The position numbers were made by a program, and so were the translations under genes. From Octopus vulgaris (lineage: Eukaryota): DNA of 64,000 nucleotides. Shown one piece after another: positions 24,770 to 39,415 of the stretch (position 1 is its first letter; every line of letters begins with the position of its first letter). Below the pieces are notes generated by a model. It was not told the DNA's origin, searched no databases, and saw only the letters and a list, made by a program, of their open reading frames with translations. The stretch lies in assembly GCA_951406725.2 (NCBI GenBank), contig OX597822.1, forward strand, positions 52,018,001-52,082,000, in the 5' to 3' direction.

Positions 24770-25386
24770 ATTAATATTAATACACATATGAGAGAGAATC
24801 CACTAAAGTGGACGCCCTTATGCTAACCACTAAAAATTGTTCTCAAGAAAGACTTAGCACACTATGAACGTAAGAGAGCAGGGCAATTGAAAAATAACAA
24901 AACTATAGACTAACCCCATACAATTGCTTTACTGTTAATAAATTATGCAATTTTACTTACACAATTAATTTGCAGATCTTCAGTGGAGTCCGTCAAAAAC
25001 ATAATTTGTCGAACTGCACGCCATATGTTTAATACGAGGTCAAAAACACGATCAGTACGGCCTATTATATTCATAGTTATATTCAAATGTCCTCGTTCTA
25101 GCGCGCCAAATTCCCGGAAATAAATACTGCATAAACAATTCACTTTAGCAGTTTACGCCGGTTTGAGAACATATTAATTAAGAATTAAAATCAAAATGTA
25201 GGTGAAAAAATTGTATATTAATTTAATAACATCAATTTAACACCAGTGGTTTAGCGCATAAAAACTGAGATTCAGTAAATATTATTAATACACATATGAG
25301 AGAGAAACCACTAAAGTGGACGCCCTTACGCTAACCACAAAAAATTGTTCTCAAGAAAAACTTTAGTGGATTCTCTCTCATATGTT
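24770..25386 (-). mobile_element. Probable PLE pseudo-LTR unit: direct repeat of about 85 bp plus short inverted copy
   Basis: ATTAATACACATATGAGAGAGAA(T/A)CCACTAAAGTGGACGCCC at about 24775 and 25284; inverted CTTTAGTGGATTCTCTCTCATATGT at 25361-25385; degenerate hammerhead 24988-24914. Confidence 0.55.
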
Positions 25387-27047
25387 GCAGCAGCTGTTAG
25401 AAGTAGTAGTCAAATCTCTTGAATATCACTCTCGGAAGTTATATATACTTTTAAAATGAATAAAGGTTACAGTAGGCGATGTAGTGAAAGAAGTAAAATT
25501 ACAAGACAGAGTACATCTAGAACGTCTTTGATCATAATCAAGACCATTATCATTGTATATCTCCCCTTACCATCAACATCATCACCATGGCAAATATTGT
25601 AACGTACCTCTACAAGAATAAGCCTCTACGTGATTTCTCGACCCGCTAGAGATAAAAGCCAAGTTACTCTAATGGATTAGTGCTGATACTAAGAACAAAA
25701 AATAAATTATAAAGACGCCTTTCATCGTCAGCAATGATAAAAATTCTACCAAAAAATTACTGACAACAACGACACAGAAATATAATTAAAGAAAAATAGA
25801 AGAGGTGTGAGAATAACTATAATAACGGTTCTGTGAATGAAATATAGTTGTATGAGAAGCAATAGTAATAATATGAAGATAGGCAGAAGGAAAAATAATA
25901 ATAAAAACATCAACAAGAGGAAGAACAACAACAAAGTGAGAAGTAAGAATAACAAGTGAGATAGTATTTCTGTGAGAGAAAATGCAAAAGTGGTTAAAAT
26001 ATAGTGCGTTTTTGGCGAGGACTGACTATTTGGAGACAGTGGTCTTCGAAAAGAGTTGGATACGGAAATGATTTATCAACAGACAATAATACTGAAGAGG
26101 AATAAAAAAACACTAAAATTCAAAATATAACGAGTTTCAAGAGGAGGAGAAAGCCCAAAGGATGCGCCTGAAAACAAAAGTAGATTTACACAAGTTCGTG
26201 GACACGCTCACTGTAGTAGCTGAAGATTCCTTAAACATCTTTCACAAACATACATAGACAAACACATACACATTCACACACACACAGATACACACACACA
26301 TAAATATATGTATATATATTTACACATATATGCATCCATACGCACACACGTATTACATACAAACGTACAAACACATACATATGTACGTACTTACCTAACA
26401 AAAGTGAATATATATATATATATATATTTGTCTATGTGTGTGTTTATATGTGTGTATATATATATGTGTGTATCAATTATGTATGTACATATACCCATAT
26501 ATGCCTTCATTTATATACATATATACATACATATATATATATATATGTATGTACTGTATATATAAACGACGCAAAACAATAACGTGACAAGGTTGTTTTA
26601 AGCGATGATTTGTTATCGACTTATAGAAGAGAGAATCATATGTTTTATCTTTGCTTTATTTTGTTGTTTTTTTCTTTTTTTCTTGATATCGTGTTGTTTG
26701 TTTGGTTTATTGATGTACTTTTTAGTATTCTTTCTTTTAGGAAATAGCTATTTAAATATTGAACCTTCAGCACAAAGAACTTAATCAAAACACGAAGTTG
26801 AAGAGAAAAATTATGAGGAAGTTTCATTTGAAAAGTGAAGAAATACCGAATTTGCTTCTACGGCAATGCGATTGATTTTAACTGTCCCTTGACTATCGAA
26901 TGTATTTGATGAAGAGCTTCAATGTCAAGGCAAACATCTTTGCCATCCACGGCGCATATAAGGTTTAGCCTGAGGTTAATTCACCTATTCACTTACAGAT
27001 TCCTTCAATGTCTACACCTTCCAGTTCTTCCTTATTTTCTTCTTATT

Positions 27048-27048
27048 T

Positions 27049-27101
<53 letters not shown>

Positions 27102-27249
27102 TATTATTATCGTTATCATTATCATATTCGTCGTTGTCGTCGTCATCCCGCTTCCTCTTCTTCTGCTCCTTCTCCTCCTCCTCCATCTTCTCTTCCTTCT
27201 TCGTTTTCTTCTTCTTCTTCTTCTTCTTCTTCTTCTTCTTCTTCTTCTT
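27048..27249 (+). repeat. (CAT)n...(CTT)n compound trinucleotide tract
   Basis: Direct reading. Confidence 0.95.
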
Positions 27250-28220
27250 GAAAATTTCTGTAGGAACTTATACGTCACCTGCAGAAATTTCACCACAATT
27301 ATTGCAAATTCTACGAAAAGAATGTAGCTTGATTTTTTTTTTTCTGCTTCTTTTTAATTTTCTTTTTTTTTTTTTACATTTTTTTATTTCAAACTATTAA
27401 CAGGCCGAATTTGCTTTGTGGACTTTAGATGTTAAAACATCAAATTACACCGGAAAGAAAGGAAGATAGAAAGGTGGAACGATAAAACTACAGAAAATCT
27501 TCGATTTCCAATCACTCCCATTAATTTTCTAAGGACACACGATTCTAATGAAAAGCAAAAATGCAATGAGCGGGAATTAATTTGATAAAGGACGTTTTAT
27601 GAATAAATTCGGTTGAGGTTAAATCTTGAGTCATAATTGACAGGATATTATTTCACAGCTGAGGGTGTCGTATTCCTATTTTCCTAAAAGATCATTGATG
27701 AGGTCGTTGTTGCGTTTAGATGGCATAAAATGGCGGAATTCTGTTTAATTGCTGCAGTAGCCAAGTTAATAAAGAAAATCGTGTATGTTCTTTCACAACT
27801 ATATAAGCCATATTTGTTGTTGTTTGTTCTTTAAGTGATTCAATTATAGAAAATGGTTCAATAGATTATCAATGCATCGCTTGATGGCATTTACTCAAGC
27901 TTTTACAAACCCACATCTGTTTCACAAAGGAAATTATTCATCATAGCATTAAAAATAACGGCAGATAATACACACACTATCGAATGCGAAAAGGTTATTT
28001 GCAAGGCTGTTTACAGTGGTTTAAGCTATCAATATATTGATTTCAAAACAACATGAATCAATAATCCTGTTGTAAGCAATAACAACTCGGGAGTAGGTCT
28101 TAGGACTTTTATGTTATTTAAATAAGGTAGTTTGATGTTGTCTTTTGCAAATGCTGTTGAAGTCTCAAGCATAAATTGCTAAGTGTATGACAACAGTGGA
28201 ACCAACAAGAAAATTACAAT

Positions 28221-28275
28221 TGCTACTACTACTACTAATACTAATACTAATACTAATACTAATACTAATACTAAA

Positions 28276-28338
<63 letters not shown>
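28221..28338 (+). repeat. (CTA)n-(ATACTA)n-(AAT)n
   Basis: Direct reading. Confidence 0.95.
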
Positions 28339-28681
28339 CCTTTCTAATATAGACACAAAGCCTGAAATTTGGAAGGAGAGAACTAGTCGATCCTGAAATT
28401 GCCTTCACGGCTACGTCACACCTATTAAGAAGAACATTGTCGCTGTGAATTTTGTTTCTTTTCGCCTCTTATTTACTTTGTTTTTTTTTCTTTTTTCTTT
28501 CTTTCCTCTGTTTTACTTCACTTTTTTCTTCTACCATAGAACTTTGTAAATGAACAATCTGGTGTGTTTATTTTAATTGCGTACCGATGTATACAGTGAG
28601 TTTCTTGGTATTCTTTTTTTCTTTTCTGCCCTATGTGTTGGTAAAACACTCGGCAAGAAATGGAAACAAAATTGAAAGAAT

Positions 28682-28873
28682 AGAAGAAGAAGAAGAAGAA
28701 GAAGAAGAAGAAGAAGAAGAAGAAGAAGAAGAAGAAGGAGGAGGAGGAGGAGAAGGAGGAGGGAGAAGGAGAAGGAGGAGGGGAGGAGGGGGAGGAGGTA
28801 GTGAAGGAGGAGAACGACAACAACAACAACAACAGCAACAACAGCAGCAACAACAACAATAACAACAACAATA
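28682..28873 (+). repeat. (GAA)n-(GGA)n-(CAA)n
   Basis: Direct reading. Confidence 0.95.
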
Positions 28874-29220
28874 AAGAGAAAGGATTTGGGACAATAGTAG
28901 AAGAGTTGAAACAGCATATCATAGCAGTAGCAGGCAAGCTGTCCAGATATCAGAAAAAAATAGATCAGTATCTTTTTCTTTATTACCCACAAGGGGCTAA
29001 AGACAAAAACGGATCAAGTCGATTACATCGACCCCAGTGCGTAACTGGTACTTTATTTATCGACCCACAAAGGATGAAAGGCAAAGTCGACCTCGGCGGA
29101 ATTTGAACTTAGAACGTAACGGCAGACGATATACGGCTACGCATTTCGCCCAGCGTGCTAACGTTTCTGCCAGCTCGCCGCCCATCAACAAAATAGATTA
29201 TTTGAGACAGAACAGAGGAG
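28874..29220 (+). mobile_element. Short R4/Dong-like N-terminal fragment with inserted family B SINE (28972-29182, minus)
   Basis: IVEELKQHIIAVAGKLSRYQKKIDQY before and YLRQNR after the SINE; AAAATAGAT on both sides. Confidence 0.6.
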
Positions 29221-29249
29221 ATCTTATAACCAAGTAAACAATGGAGATC

Positions 29250-29398
29250 CAGTTTCTTTCTACCTAATCCACGCACAAGTCTTTTTGTCGGCTCGAGGAT
29301 TAGTAGAGGATACTTGCCCAAGAGTGCATGCAGTGGAACAGAACCTGGAACCGCGTGGTTAGGAAGTAAGCCTCTTGCCACGCATCCATCTTGCGCCT
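29250..29398 (-). mobile_element. SINE family A 5' half, old
   Basis: ACTTGCCCAAG...GAACCTGGAACCGCGTGGTT...TTGCGCC. Confidence 0.75.
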
Positions 29399-30102
29399 AT
29401 TAGTCGAAGAATCAGTCTAAGAACAGCTCTTACAATTTGGTAAGTTTGTAGACTGTACCATTTTCTTTGGTAGACGGCCTTGAATTGCTAAAATTATTTA
29501 ATTCATTTAATGTAATTATTGTTTCAATAATTTGCGTAATTTCATAAGAAGGATTTTCTCTTTGCTGTGTTAAACGACATCACAACAATAATATACAGCA
29601 GAAACAATTCTAAACGAACTGATCGGACATTTGTAATCATATCTAACTAAATAAATATATTCTTAATTACAAGTCAACATAGCGCCTTCATGGTCATTAT
29701 TTCCATTTCTTTGTATCTCAGTCTCTTTCCCTTTCCTTCCCGCTTTGAGTGTATTTAGAGATATATGTATATATGTATATACACATACACACACATACAT
29801 GCGTATATAAATATAGATAGATAGATATAGAATGAATATATACATAGCCAGATGTATATATTGTGTATGTATGTGTATATATATATGAATACACACGCAG
29901 ACATACGCACACACACACACATATATCTATATATATATATAAAGCGTTTACAGAGTTTCCTTGTAAGTATATACACATACATAGATACAAAGATACACAC
30001 ATGCATGCATTTATACATACATGTGTGTGAGAGAGAGTGTGTGTATGTATCTGTGTGTCTATGCATATGTGTGTGTGTGTGAGTATGGCTGGATTAATGG
30101 AA

Positions 30103-30174
<72 letters not shown>

Positions 30175-30345
30175 ACATTGTTAAGTACACTAGCATAAGT
30201 AATTCAAGTAATGAAGACAATGTTGCAGTATAAATATTTTCTTAATAAATGAAGACAATAACGTTTTTACAGCAATAACAGTTCTGGCAATCCACCAACT
30301 AAATGACAAGAGTTAATTTCACGACCTAAACTTCATCTTCATTCG

Positions 30346-30398
<53 letters not shown>

Positions 30399-30463
30399 TC
30401 ATACATACATATATACATACATATATGTATATGCGTGTGGGTGTATGTAGATATGTATATGAA

Positions 30464-30545
<82 letters not shown>

Positions 30546-30549
30546 GCTT

Positions 30550-30596
<47 letters not shown>

Positions 30597-31809
30597 TATT
30601 TATTTAGAAGTAATGATTCAAATAAACAACTGAAACCTCTTGGATTTTATATATAAAATATATATACATATGTATATGTAAATCGAGAGAAACAAAGACT
30701 AAAATATTCAGACGATGAAAATTCATGCATAGATATATATAAACAGTAGTTGATTTACACAGAGTACAAAACCATAAAAAAATTAAGGGGAAAGTGTATG
30801 TTCTTACATCTCCTACAACTTTTTCTGGCCGTCTCAGAATTACATCATAATGTTGGCAGATGACGTTGGCATAATGTAATGGATATGCTCCAAGTAGAGG
30901 ATGTATATAAACATTAAGTAAATCCGGCCTCCTTCGTTAGGGTGGAGAGATAAATATCTAATGTTTCAAATCATAGCGGAGGCAAATATAAAGGTAGAAT
31001 GGGTGAAGTGGAATGCCAGTGGAACTATGGAGAGGGGGGGAAAGGCAACTCGAGGAGGTGTAGAGAGTGTTAAAGGAATTAGGTGCAAGAAGAGATAAAG
31101 GAGTCCGAGCAGGAGGAGGGAGGGGTGTGTGACCAAGGTATTGAGAAAAGTAGAAGTGGTGAGTCAGATCTGTGAAAAAGGTGGGATACGTAGTATTGTG
31201 TATCGTGAAGGGTGATGGTTGCTGTTCGGGTTAGATGACAAGTGTTATTAGTTAGGGATGCTTGGGGCTATAGGACTGAGAAAGGGCAATTGGTACAGAG
31301 AGAGAAGGGAGGAGCGATTATTATAATGGAGGGAAGTGATCTAGTTATAGATGCCAGAATGGTTGCCAAGGGAGAATTCGAATAATGAAGGTAGTGGACG
31401 GAGAGTACTGAAGTGGGTAGAAAGGTATAAGAGTAAATAGAGAAAGGATAGAGAGGGGGAAAAGAAGGAATATGTTGGTAGCAAAGGCATGGGTTAAATA
31501 GAGATACGTGGTTCTGGTTGAAGAAGTTAGGAGTAGATGGGGACGGAATTCAAAGTATATGTATGGGGTGGGGTAAAGATGGATGTGCTCGGTAAGAGAA
31601 ATGTGCAACGGGAATCGGAAGAGAGACATATAATAGATCGGATAGCATAAGTAGAAGGGATATATTGTTACTACAGCTAAATTTAGACTTAAGTTTGTAT
31701 CGTAATTAGAGAATTATATAGATATTACATAATGGGCAAACGACGATTAGAATTTCTGTTTACTTGGAAGCATTAATATATATGCAACAACAGTAATAAA
31801 TAACAACAG

Positions 31810-32310
31810 TAATAATTGAAGCACTGAATATGATGAAAAACATATTAACAAAAATGTGGAAGTTATACCTAGGTCCTCAACACTAAACACTATCCAAAAA
31901 ATGGTCCTTCTAGGAAGAGCCCACATCTAATGCAAAATACTATCAGTTAAGTAATACAACTCAAACAAAACAATCCAAAAACTTCAGGCACTCTGTACAC
32001 ATTAAATATCGAATAAAATAAACCACCACCACAACATGTACTCTACAGGCCAGAGAGCCAACGGAAGAACACAACTCGCATTGAACACACACACGCACAC
32101 ACACAAACACACACACACACACACAACACAATATAAACACTAATACAGCAAAAGACTGCATCAAGATCCCATGACAAAACAAACTGAGCAATGCAATGCC
32201 GGGAAGAGTTTGCACTCTTCCAACAAAAGCGACATGTGATACTGCACACCTGAAACACGGAGGCGTAGGAGGTGCCTCTTCAGAAATTATCTGAGGCTAA
32301 CAAATGTTGA
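31810..32310 (+). mobile_element. R4/Dong-type LINE 3' end running into (AAT)n
   Basis: IQKMVLLGRAHI*CKILSV matches IQKIALLGTVHILRRTLSI of the 35447 ORF. Confidence 0.65.
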
Positions 32311-32336
32311 ATAATAATAATAATAATAATAATAAC

Positions 32337-32399
<63 letters not shown>

Positions 32400-32400
32400 T

Positions 32401-32702
32401 TTATTATTTATGCGCCCTTTTCAAGCCTAGCCAGGCTCATGACCCCGGTTTCCCGGTTTCTATGGCGTAAGAGTTCCCCCCAGTTGGATGGGACGCCAAT
32501 CCATCGCAGCGTTACTCAAGAAACAGGAAGAAAGAGTGAGAGCAAGTTAGGCGAAAGAGTACAACAGGGATCACCACCACCCTCTGCAGGAGCCTCGTGG
32601 AGCTTTAGATGTTTTCGCTCAATAAACACACACAACGAATCGAAACCGTGATCCTCCGACCGCGAGTCCGCTGCCCTAACCACTGGGCCATTGAACCTCC
32701 AC
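32401..32702 (-). mobile_element. SINE family C, tail type 3, embedded in (AAT)n
   Basis: Head GTGGAGG..CAATGGCCCAGTGGTTAGGGCAG; 3' module GCGATGGATTGGCGTCCCATCC... Confidence 0.9.
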
Positions 32703-32747
<45 letters not shown>

Positions 32748-32748
<1 letters not shown>

Positions 32749-33250
32749 GATATGAGGTTACGGGTGCTTGGTACCGACATACACCGGAAAATGTAATGGA
32801 CGCAAAGGGAAAGGCAAAAATCCTCTGAAACTTTGACTTCCAGACAGACAAAGTATTAGAGCACTGAAGGCTGAGTACAGTAACCTTTAGGGAGGCCAAA
32901 TAAGAGTGACTAATAATTGTCACGGTAGTGCCAGGAGATTAACATATCATCATGAAAGAAAGAGAAAAGGTTAATAAATATGGAGACCTGAAAATTCACC
33001 TCACCAAGATGTGACAGCTAGGAGAGTCAAATATAAAGGGTCAATGCCACCGAATCTGAAAAAGCGTCTGAAAACTTTAGAAATACCCTACATTCTAGGT
33101 GTATTGCAAAGTCGGCATTACTTAGAACTGCACGCATATTGCGGAAAGTACTGTCTGTCTGGGGTCCTTATTGTGACTTGACAAACCCTCGGTAGACACA
33201 ATATCTTCAATCAACAACCTCACGATATTGCATACTGTGCGGCGTCTATG
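32748..33250 (+). mobile_element. R4/Dong-type LINE 3' fragment between (AAT)n tracts
   Basis: WYRHTPENV..AKIL*NFDFQTDKVLEH, KEREKVNKYGDL, ALLRTARILRKVLS. Confidence 0.8.
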
Positions 33251-33308
33251 ATGATGATAATATTAATAATAATAAGAAGAATAATATTAATAATAATAAG
33301 AAGAAGAA

Positions 33309-33402
<94 letters not shown>

Positions 33403-33412
33403 AATAATAATA

Positions 33413-33622
<210 letters not shown>

Positions 33623-33636
33623 ATAATAATAATAAC

Positions 33637-33677
<41 letters not shown>

Positions 33678-33679
33678 TG

Positions 33680-33758
<79 letters not shown>

Positions 33759-33759
33759 G

Positions 33760-34400
33760 TTAAGCCAATCACTTGCTTACCATTTCTCCCAGTCCTGGTT
33801 GAGAAGAAATATATTCACAGATATGACAGAGTTGGAATCTATATTCACTGGAAGCTATGCCAACCCTATGGAAAACAATAGAAAAAAGATGGTATACGCA
33901 CACGCCAGAAAAGATCACAGAAAATGAGAAAGCAACCATATTCTGGGATATACCAATACACACAGATAGAGAAATCAAGACTAGTAGTCCGGATTTAGTT
34001 GTCTGAGATCAACAAGGAAAAAATGCTTTCTAATTGGTGTATCAATACTAACAGATGACAAAGTTTCTCTAAAAGAAATAGAGAAACTTTCAAAATACAA
34101 AGACCTGGAAATAGAAGTAACTCGAATGTAGAGCCTAAAAACAGTAAACAATTCCTATTTATATTGGACGCTTTAGGTATGATAAAAACACTCAGACAAA
34201 TACATAACATAAACAACAGGACGAACAAGTATATATTGTATGCAGAAAATAGTACAACTAGGCACCGCACAGATTCTACGTAAAAAGATTTCAATACAGT
34301 GAAAATAAGATCATCACAACAAACCACAGCATATACCTAAGGCACACAGAGCTGCACTCGGTAGTGCAGTGAAAGCACGTGATAAAAATAAGACTACTAA
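33760..34400 (+). mobile_element. R4/Dong-type LINE 3' fragment (same subfamily as 35350-36540)
   Basis: WYTHTPEKITENEKATIFWDIPIHTDREIK; same 3' UTR (GCACACAGAGCTG...GTGAAAGCACG) ending in (AAT)n. Confidence 0.88.
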
Positions 34401-34418
34401 ATAATAATAATAATAATA

Positions 34419-34570
<152 letters not shown>

Positions 34571-34584
34571 CATTATTATCATTA

Positions 34585-35318
<734 letters not shown>

Positions 35319-35349
35319 CATCATCATTATTATTATTATTATTATTATT

Positions 35350-36540
35350 CAGTAGTTTTATTTTTATAGCGTGCTTTCACTTCCCTACCGAGCACAGCTC
35401 TGTGTGCCTTGGGTATGTGCTGTGATTTGTTGTGATGCTCTGATGGTTATTGTATGGAAAGTGTTCTGCGTAGGATGTGTACAGTGCCTAGTAGTGCAAT
35501 TTTCTGTATGTTATATGTGTTTGTAAGTCCTGGTGTTTTTGTTATGTATTTGTCTGAATATTTTTTTATCATGCCTAATGCACCTTCTATGATAGGAATT
35601 GTTTCTGTTTTCAGATTCCACATTCTAGTTACCTCTGTTTCCAGGTCTTTGTATTTTGAGAGTTTCTCCATTTCTTTTAGAGACACGTTGTCATCAGCCG
35701 GTATTGATACATCAATTAGAAAGCATTTTTTTCTTCATGATCTCTGACAACTATATCTGGTCTGTTGGCCTTAATTTCTCTATCTGTGTGTATCGGCATA
35801 TCCCAGAGTATGGTTGCTTTCTCGTTTTCTGTGACCTTTTCTGGTGTGTGCCTATACCATCTTTTTTCTGTTGTTATTCCATAATGTTGGCATAGCTTCC
35901 AATGTATGTAGGTTCCAACTCTGTCATGTCTGTGAATATATTCCTTCTTAGCCAAGACTGGGCAGCTAGAGATAATATGATTTATTGTTTCTTGTCCATC
36001 TCCACATATTCTGCAGTTACTTGTAATATTTCTTTTCATTACATGTTTTTGGTAATTTCTGGTGGGGAGGCTTTGGTCTTGTGCTGCAATTAAAAATCCC
36101 TCTGTTTCTGCTTTGAGTCCTGAGCTTCTCAACCATTGCTGGGATTTTTCTTTGTCTATTTCTTTTGCGTTTAGTTTAGTCCAGTATTTACCATGAAGGG
36201 GCTTTTCTTGCCATCGTTTTATCATGGTTCGTTGCTGTTCTATTTTTAGTTTGGATTTCATTTGTTTTATAGCTTTTGTTGTTTCTTCATCTTCTTCTTC
36301 TTCTTCTTCATGTTTATTAGGTGGTATGATTTCTTGTTTGTATTTGTCAGCTTCCTTAAATACTGAGAACAGTTTTTTGTTTTGCTCGTGTTTTGCCGCT
36401 ATCTGGATCAGTTTTCCTTCCTTCTGAAGTAGATATTTTTGCAGTCCTATGGTGGTTATTTTATAGTAGTTTTCCAGCTGTATAAGGCCTCTACCTCCTT
36501 CTATACGTTGTATATATAGTCTTTCTATATATAGTCTTTC
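35350..36540 (-). mobile_element. R4/Dong-type (RLE) non-LTR retrotransposon, 5'-truncated
   Basis: GGRGL; LHG; AAQDQSLPTRNY; CCHC knuckle CRIC...HIISSC; RHD; RPDIVV then frameshift to IDVS..EKLSKYKDL restriction-like endonuclease; flanked by (AAT)n. Confidence 0.93.
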
Positions 36541-36543
36541 TTT

Positions 36544-36545
36544 TT

Positions 36546-36576
<31 letters not shown>

Positions 36577-36582
36577 TTATCA

Positions 36583-36658
<76 letters not shown>

Positions 36659-36900
36659 CATTATTATTATCATTATTATTATTGTCATCATCGTCGTCGT
36701 CGTCGTCGTCGTTGTCGTTGTCGTTGTCGTTGTTGTTGTCGTTGTTGTTGTTATTATTATTATTATTATTAATATTATTATTATTATCATTATTATTATC
36801 ATTATGAAATTGCAGAATTAAACTAGTAACAAAACATTGCTGTTGCAAGAATATGAGCATGTGCAATAACAGTAGCACATAAGTAGTAAACCATAACAAT

Positions 36901-36945
<45 letters not shown>

Positions 36946-37070
36946 CAGCTGCAGCGTCGGCGGTTGTGGTGGTGGTGAAGGATGTGGTGGTGGTGGTGGT
37001 AGTGGTGGTAGTGGTGGTGGTGGTGGTTGTGGTGGTGGTGATGATCGTCGTCGTGATGGTGGTGGTTGCC
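36544..37070 (+). repeat. (ATT)n/(GTC)n/(GTT)n, (TAG)n and (GGT)n tracts
   Basis: Direct reading. Confidence 0.95.
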
Positions 37071-37842
37071 TTGTAATCATTCACTAGTCCGAGACCAAAG
37101 GGTGATGTTCATAGTGTTTTAATTACATAACGTACATACATTACGTATTGTTTATTTGGCTGGGGTCTTGTTGGCTCCTTTCCGTACGTAGTCTGTAGTT
37201 TCAAATGGCTTAAATATATACTGAAATATATTTACGTATTTTAAACGCTTTATAATCCTATTGCGGATAAAACTTTTGATTCTCCCAACATAGCGTTCCC
37301 GGTTTTAAATAGTATTAACTTCGATCAGAGCTCGTTTGATCATATAACCGTTGAAATAAGCAAAACTGTTCCACAAACTATACAAGATTATTTATAGTTT
37401 AAGTGAAGCAGAGCTAATTTGTGTTTGGTTGCTCATTCCAGACTGCACTAAGTTCTATTAGGGAAAACTAAAAATTCTACGTTTTAGAATTATTCTTGTA
37501 TATATTTTGATGCATAAATAACTTTTATTATTTACTTGTTACAAACCCTGGACTGCGGCCATACTAGGGCACCACTTTGAAGACTTTAGTTTAACAAATC
37601 GACTCCAGTACTTTTTTATAACATGGTACTTACACTATCGGACACTTCTCTATAACGGAACTGCTAGGTTATAGAAACGTAAACAAACCAACATCGTTTG
37701 TCAAGCGGTGGTTGGTGGTAAACACTTACTAGCTACATAAACGTCCCTTACTCAGTTCAGTAAAACAGAAAATCAGAACAACTGGTATTGTCTACTGAAC
37801 TAAAACTTGTTCTATATTTAAGAGAATAGGAATTATTTACAT

Positions 37843-38026
37843 TATTTACATTATTTACATTTGACGGATATTTCTCCTCATCTTGTTTGTTGATAACACA
37901 ACGCTTCGTCTGATATACCCTTCAGTCTTCATCAAGATGAAGGCTGGAGGGTATGTCAGCCAAAACGTTGTGTTAACAACAAACAAGATGAGGACTAATA
38001 TCCGTCAAAGGTAAATAATGTAAATA
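37843..38026. repeat. Imperfect palindrome of about 185 bp made of two inverted PLE pseudo-LTR-like arms
   Basis: TATTTACATTATTTACATTTGACGGATATT..CCTCATCTTGTTTGTTG is mirrored by CAACAAACAAGATGAGG..AATATCCGTCAAA.GTAAATAATGTAAATA. Confidence 0.85.
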
Positions 38027-38348
38027 GTGACATAAATCTTTTCAAACCAACTTTCCTTTTAAAGACAAGTGTTTGTCACATGAATAACAGTCTACGATTT
38101 CTTATCAATTTTCTTAGGTTTACGAAACATTCAGTGACTTAAATGTCCAACATTATGAAGATAATATAGATTACAAGTTGAAAAACTGAAAGGATTATCA
38201 ATATAAGGTTTCCTTTCCTTACGTCAATATTTCATTGTTGCGTGATTAATGCAATTGTTTTGAAAATACTCCATCTGATCGAATATATGTTTCTTCTATG
38301 ATATTTTGCTTTTATATATTCTTCACGAAATATTTACCTCGATGATGG

Positions 38349-39130
38349 TGGCGAGCTGGCAGAAACGTTAGCACGCCGGACAAATTGCTTAGCGGTATTT
38401 CGTCTGCCGCTACGTTCTCAGTTCAAATTCCGCTGAGGTCGACTTTGCCTTTCATCTTTTCGGGGTCGATAAATCCGTTTGTCTGTCCTTGTTTATCCCC
38501 TCTATGTTTAGCTCCTTGTGGGCAATAAAGAAATAAAAAACGTTAGTGTGCCGGGCGAAATGATTAGCGGTATTTCGTCTGCCGCTACGTTCTGAGTTCA
38601 AATTCCGCCGAGGTCGACTTTGTCTTTCATCCTTTCGACGTCGATAAATTAAGTACCAGTTACATACTGGAGCCGATATAATCGACTTAATCCGTTTGTC
38701 TGTCGTTGTTTGTTCCCTCTGTGTTTAGCCCATTGTGGGTAGTAAAGAAATAGGTATTTCGTCTGCCGCTACGTTCTGAGTTCAAATTCCGCCGAGGTCG
38801 ACTTCGCCTTTCATCCTTCAGGATCGATTAAATAAGTACTAGTTACACACTGGGGTCGATGTAATCGACTTAATCCCTTTGTCTGTGCTTGTTTGACCCC
38901 TCTGTGTTTAGCCCCTTGTGGGCAATAAATAAGAAACGTTAGCACTCTGGGTAAAATACTTAGCGGTATTTCATCTGTCTTTACTGTCTGTGTTCAAATT
39001 TAGTCGAGGTCGACTTGCTTATCATCCTTTCGGGGTCAATAAATTAAGTATTAGTTGCGTACTTGGATTAATCTAAGCGACTGGCCCCCTCCCAAAAAAT
39101 TTTGGGCCTTCTGCCTAGAGTAGAAAACAA
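38349..39130 (+). mobile_element. Tandem array of four family B SINE units
   Basis: GTTCAAATT..CGAGGTCGAC-type core repeated at about 38421, 38595, 38780 and 38992. Confidence 0.92.
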
Positions 39131-39366
39131 TAATTTCCTCGATCAGATCATCTAGATCCAACCATGGATGCTCTGCATTACACTTCTTTTTATTAATTAT
39201 AATGTCTATCTGTAAGAAGACCTTTCTGAGATAGCCACACGATTTTCTGAATCCACACCTTGGTCTACTCAGGTATTTCTATACGTATGTTTATATATAC
39301 ATGCACACACGGACACACAAACTGACACATAAACACACACAAACACACACAAATACACACACACAC

Positions 39367-39415
<49 letters not shown>

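Noticed and set aside
30797-30945. Loose hammerhead-like arrangement on the minus strand (CTAACGA..GGCCG/CGGCC..GAAA..GTA GGAG)
   Set aside because: Core mutated and stems weak; not listed as a feature
38349-39130. Regularly recurring motif resembling a CRISPR-like array
   Set aside because: Units are homologous along their whole length (no unique spacers); eukaryotic SINE multimer
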